Of a DNA stretch of 6,109 bases, positions 4,826-6,109 are shown one piece after another. Numbering within the stretch: the first letter of the stretch is position 1; each line of letters begins with the position of its first letter. The DNA is from a virus. The translations under genes and the position numbers were made by a program. The stretch covers positions 1 to 6,109 of IMG/VR virus record IMGVR_UViG_3300045988_001145; one strand, 5' to 3'. The notes under the pieces were generated by a model that saw nothing but the letters and a program-made list of their open reading frames with translations, made no database searches and was not told the DNA's origin.

Positions 4826-5265
4826 TGAACAGAAGAGTCAGGGGCGGACGACGAATCGGGCGCTGACTGTTGCTCTGCCAACATTGCTTCGGCATAGGCC
4901 GTTAATTCGGATTTCTGACTAGCCAATTCTTTCAGAACTGCCTGCCGTTCCGACATTGTCTGGCAATGACGCGAGATAACACAATTAAAGCGTTCCTCAT
5001 CAGTCATATTATCCATCAAAGTAGACTGAGTAGGATGCATCTGGGCAAGAATGTTATTCACATTCATATCACCAAGCAAACGTCGATACTTCTCTTGGTT
5101 AAGAAGAATGGAAGTTATATCATTCTGAATAAATGAACCATCTTCCAATTCATCAAACTGAACTGAATCAAATACAGATTCCTGATACACGGGATGACCT
5201 TCTACATCAGTAGGGATACCAATAGGGTCATCATCAATCTGAGTGGGATAAGCAAAATCTCTCAT
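4822..5265 (-). CDS. Acidic hypothetical protein, 147 aa from the ATG at 5265 (149 aa if the TTG at 5271 is used); possible VP3-like internal scaffolding protein
   Basis: The ORF fills the VP1-VP2 gap exactly, and its stop overlaps the VP2 ATG. It is strongly acidic: about 26 D/E against 9 K/R by my count. The start listed in the track at 5271 is TTG; the first ATG is at 5265..5263. The scaffold role is inferred from position and charge only. Confidence 0.7.
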   Translation of the reverse strand: MRDFAYPTQIDDDPIGIPTDVEGHPVYQESVFDSVQFDELEDGSFIQNDITSILLNQEKYRRLLGDMNVNNILAQMHPTQSTLMDNMTDEERFNCVISRHCQTMSERQAVLKELASQKSELTAYAEAMLAEQQSAPDSSSAPDSSVQ

Positions 5266-5276
5266 AATCAATCATT

Positions 5277-6109
5277 TTAATAAGGTAAACCATTACGATC
5301 CAAGTTTTGCACAGCATACACTTGGAAATTAACATTACAAAGCAACTGATCCTGTGCGACAGAATAAGAAGACGTAGTAACCTGAGGCAGAAAAATAGAA
5401 TTAAGCTGTTGGGGGAACACCTTCATAGACTTATAATTCCAAGCACCAGTTCGTGTCAATAGATTCTCACCACCAAGAGGTGCAGCCCAAGCCTGATAAG
5501 CCAATTGAGGTCGAAGAGCGCCATTCACACGATCAATATCAGACTTCCATTGCCAATAACGAAGATTATAGCCAATATTAGAAGTATTCGAACTAGACAT
5601 ATTTTTGCTATTACACAGAGCAGTAACAGGAACAGGTTGCATACCTAACTGATCAAATGCAGGTTGAGGGAAATCACTAATATTAGTACATAACAACTGA
5701 GGCGATTGTCCAGTAGAAGCCCAATCAAGCAATGGAACAGCATGGTAAACACACATAATTACACAATGTTCAGCTCCACAGTCATATGTGATCTGATGAC
5801 CAGAATTAGAACCAACACCTTTACCAGCGATACTAGCCTGTGAACTATCGGTATCAAGGTTAGTATTCACAACCTCATTAATATTAATAACAGAACTCCA
5901 TCCACCAATATAATGGGAATGATTACCCATATATTCGGGAGCCTTAATACCAAACTGAGCGGCCATCTGATCCGAATAATCCTTACTAGAGAATTGGACT
6001 ACTTCTTTCCAGCGCTGAAGATATTCAGTTGCACGAATTGAGAGAGCAGATAAATCAGAGTTAAGATTTAAATAGCGATCAGAGGAAGTTTTATTAGAAT
6101 TATTAACAA
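5277..6109 (-). CDS. VP1: Microviridae major capsid protein VP1, 3' portion (stop at 5277..5279). Bases 6055..6109 duplicate 1..55.
   Basis: The listed ORF 5277..5966 begins at an internal Met. The frame stays open upstream to the window end, where I read ...NSDLSALSIRATEYLQRWKEVVQFSSKDYSDQMAAQFGIK... across the junction. Confidence 0.9.
   Translation of the reverse strand, partial: VNNSNKTSSDRYLNLNSDLSALSIRATEYLQRWKEVVQFSSKDYSDQMAAQFGIKAPEYMGNHSHYIGGWSSVININEVVNTNLDTDSSQASIAGKGVGSNSGHQITYDCGAEHCVIMCVYHAVPLLDWASTGQSPQLLCTNISDFPQPAFDQLGMQPVPVTALCNSKNMSSSNTSNIGYNLRYWQWKSDIDRVNGALRPQLAYQAWAAPLGGENLLTRTGAWNYKSMKVFPQQLNSIFLPQVTTSSYSVAQDQLLCNVNFQVYAVQNLDRNGLPY
6055..6109. repeat. Terminal direct repeat, copy 2 (identical to 1..55)
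   Basis: Same 55-mer as 1..55. Removing one copy gives a 6054 nt circle, a typical Microviridae genome size. Confidence 0.95.

Overview
The window is one complete circular ssDNA phage genome of the family Microviridae, linearised inside its major capsid gene. Bases 1..55 are identical to 6055..6109, so the unit genome is 6054 nt. All credible genes lie on the minus strand. Their order on the coding strand is VP1 major capsid (968..1, continuing 6054..5277), an acidic 147-149 aa protein, VP2 pilot/minor capsid protein, a ~400 nt intergenic region, a 64 aa ORF, a 27 aa membrane-peptide ORF, a 102 aa M15-type zinc peptidase, and a 559 aa HUH rolling-circle replication initiator (VP4). Packing is very tight: ATGA start/stop overlaps occur at 4822..4825 and 2974..2977, and only 2 nt separate the peptidase stop from the VP4 start. 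No start codon has a Shine-Dalgarno sequence. The single large intergenic region carries a Bacteroides-type promoter (TTTG, 19 nt spacer, TAnnTTTG). Together with the long VP4, this suggests an Alpavirinae-like microvirus of a Bacteroidota host, but that placement is tentative. Three things merit follow-up. First, a holin-like mini-ORF is translationally coupled to a minimal M15 peptidase, an endolysin-style module in a phage family better known for single-gene lysis. Second, a ~300 nt island at 3340..3640 is ~54% GC, hairpin-dense and non-coding, with mutually exclusive stems and repeated GGTGTATA motifs. It may hold the origin(s), a terminator or a structured RNA. Third, VP4 shows a sharp compositional shift, and its GC-rich catalytic core contains a 183-codon basic ORF in the +1 frame. 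No tRNA, CRISPR array, integrase or transposase is visible.
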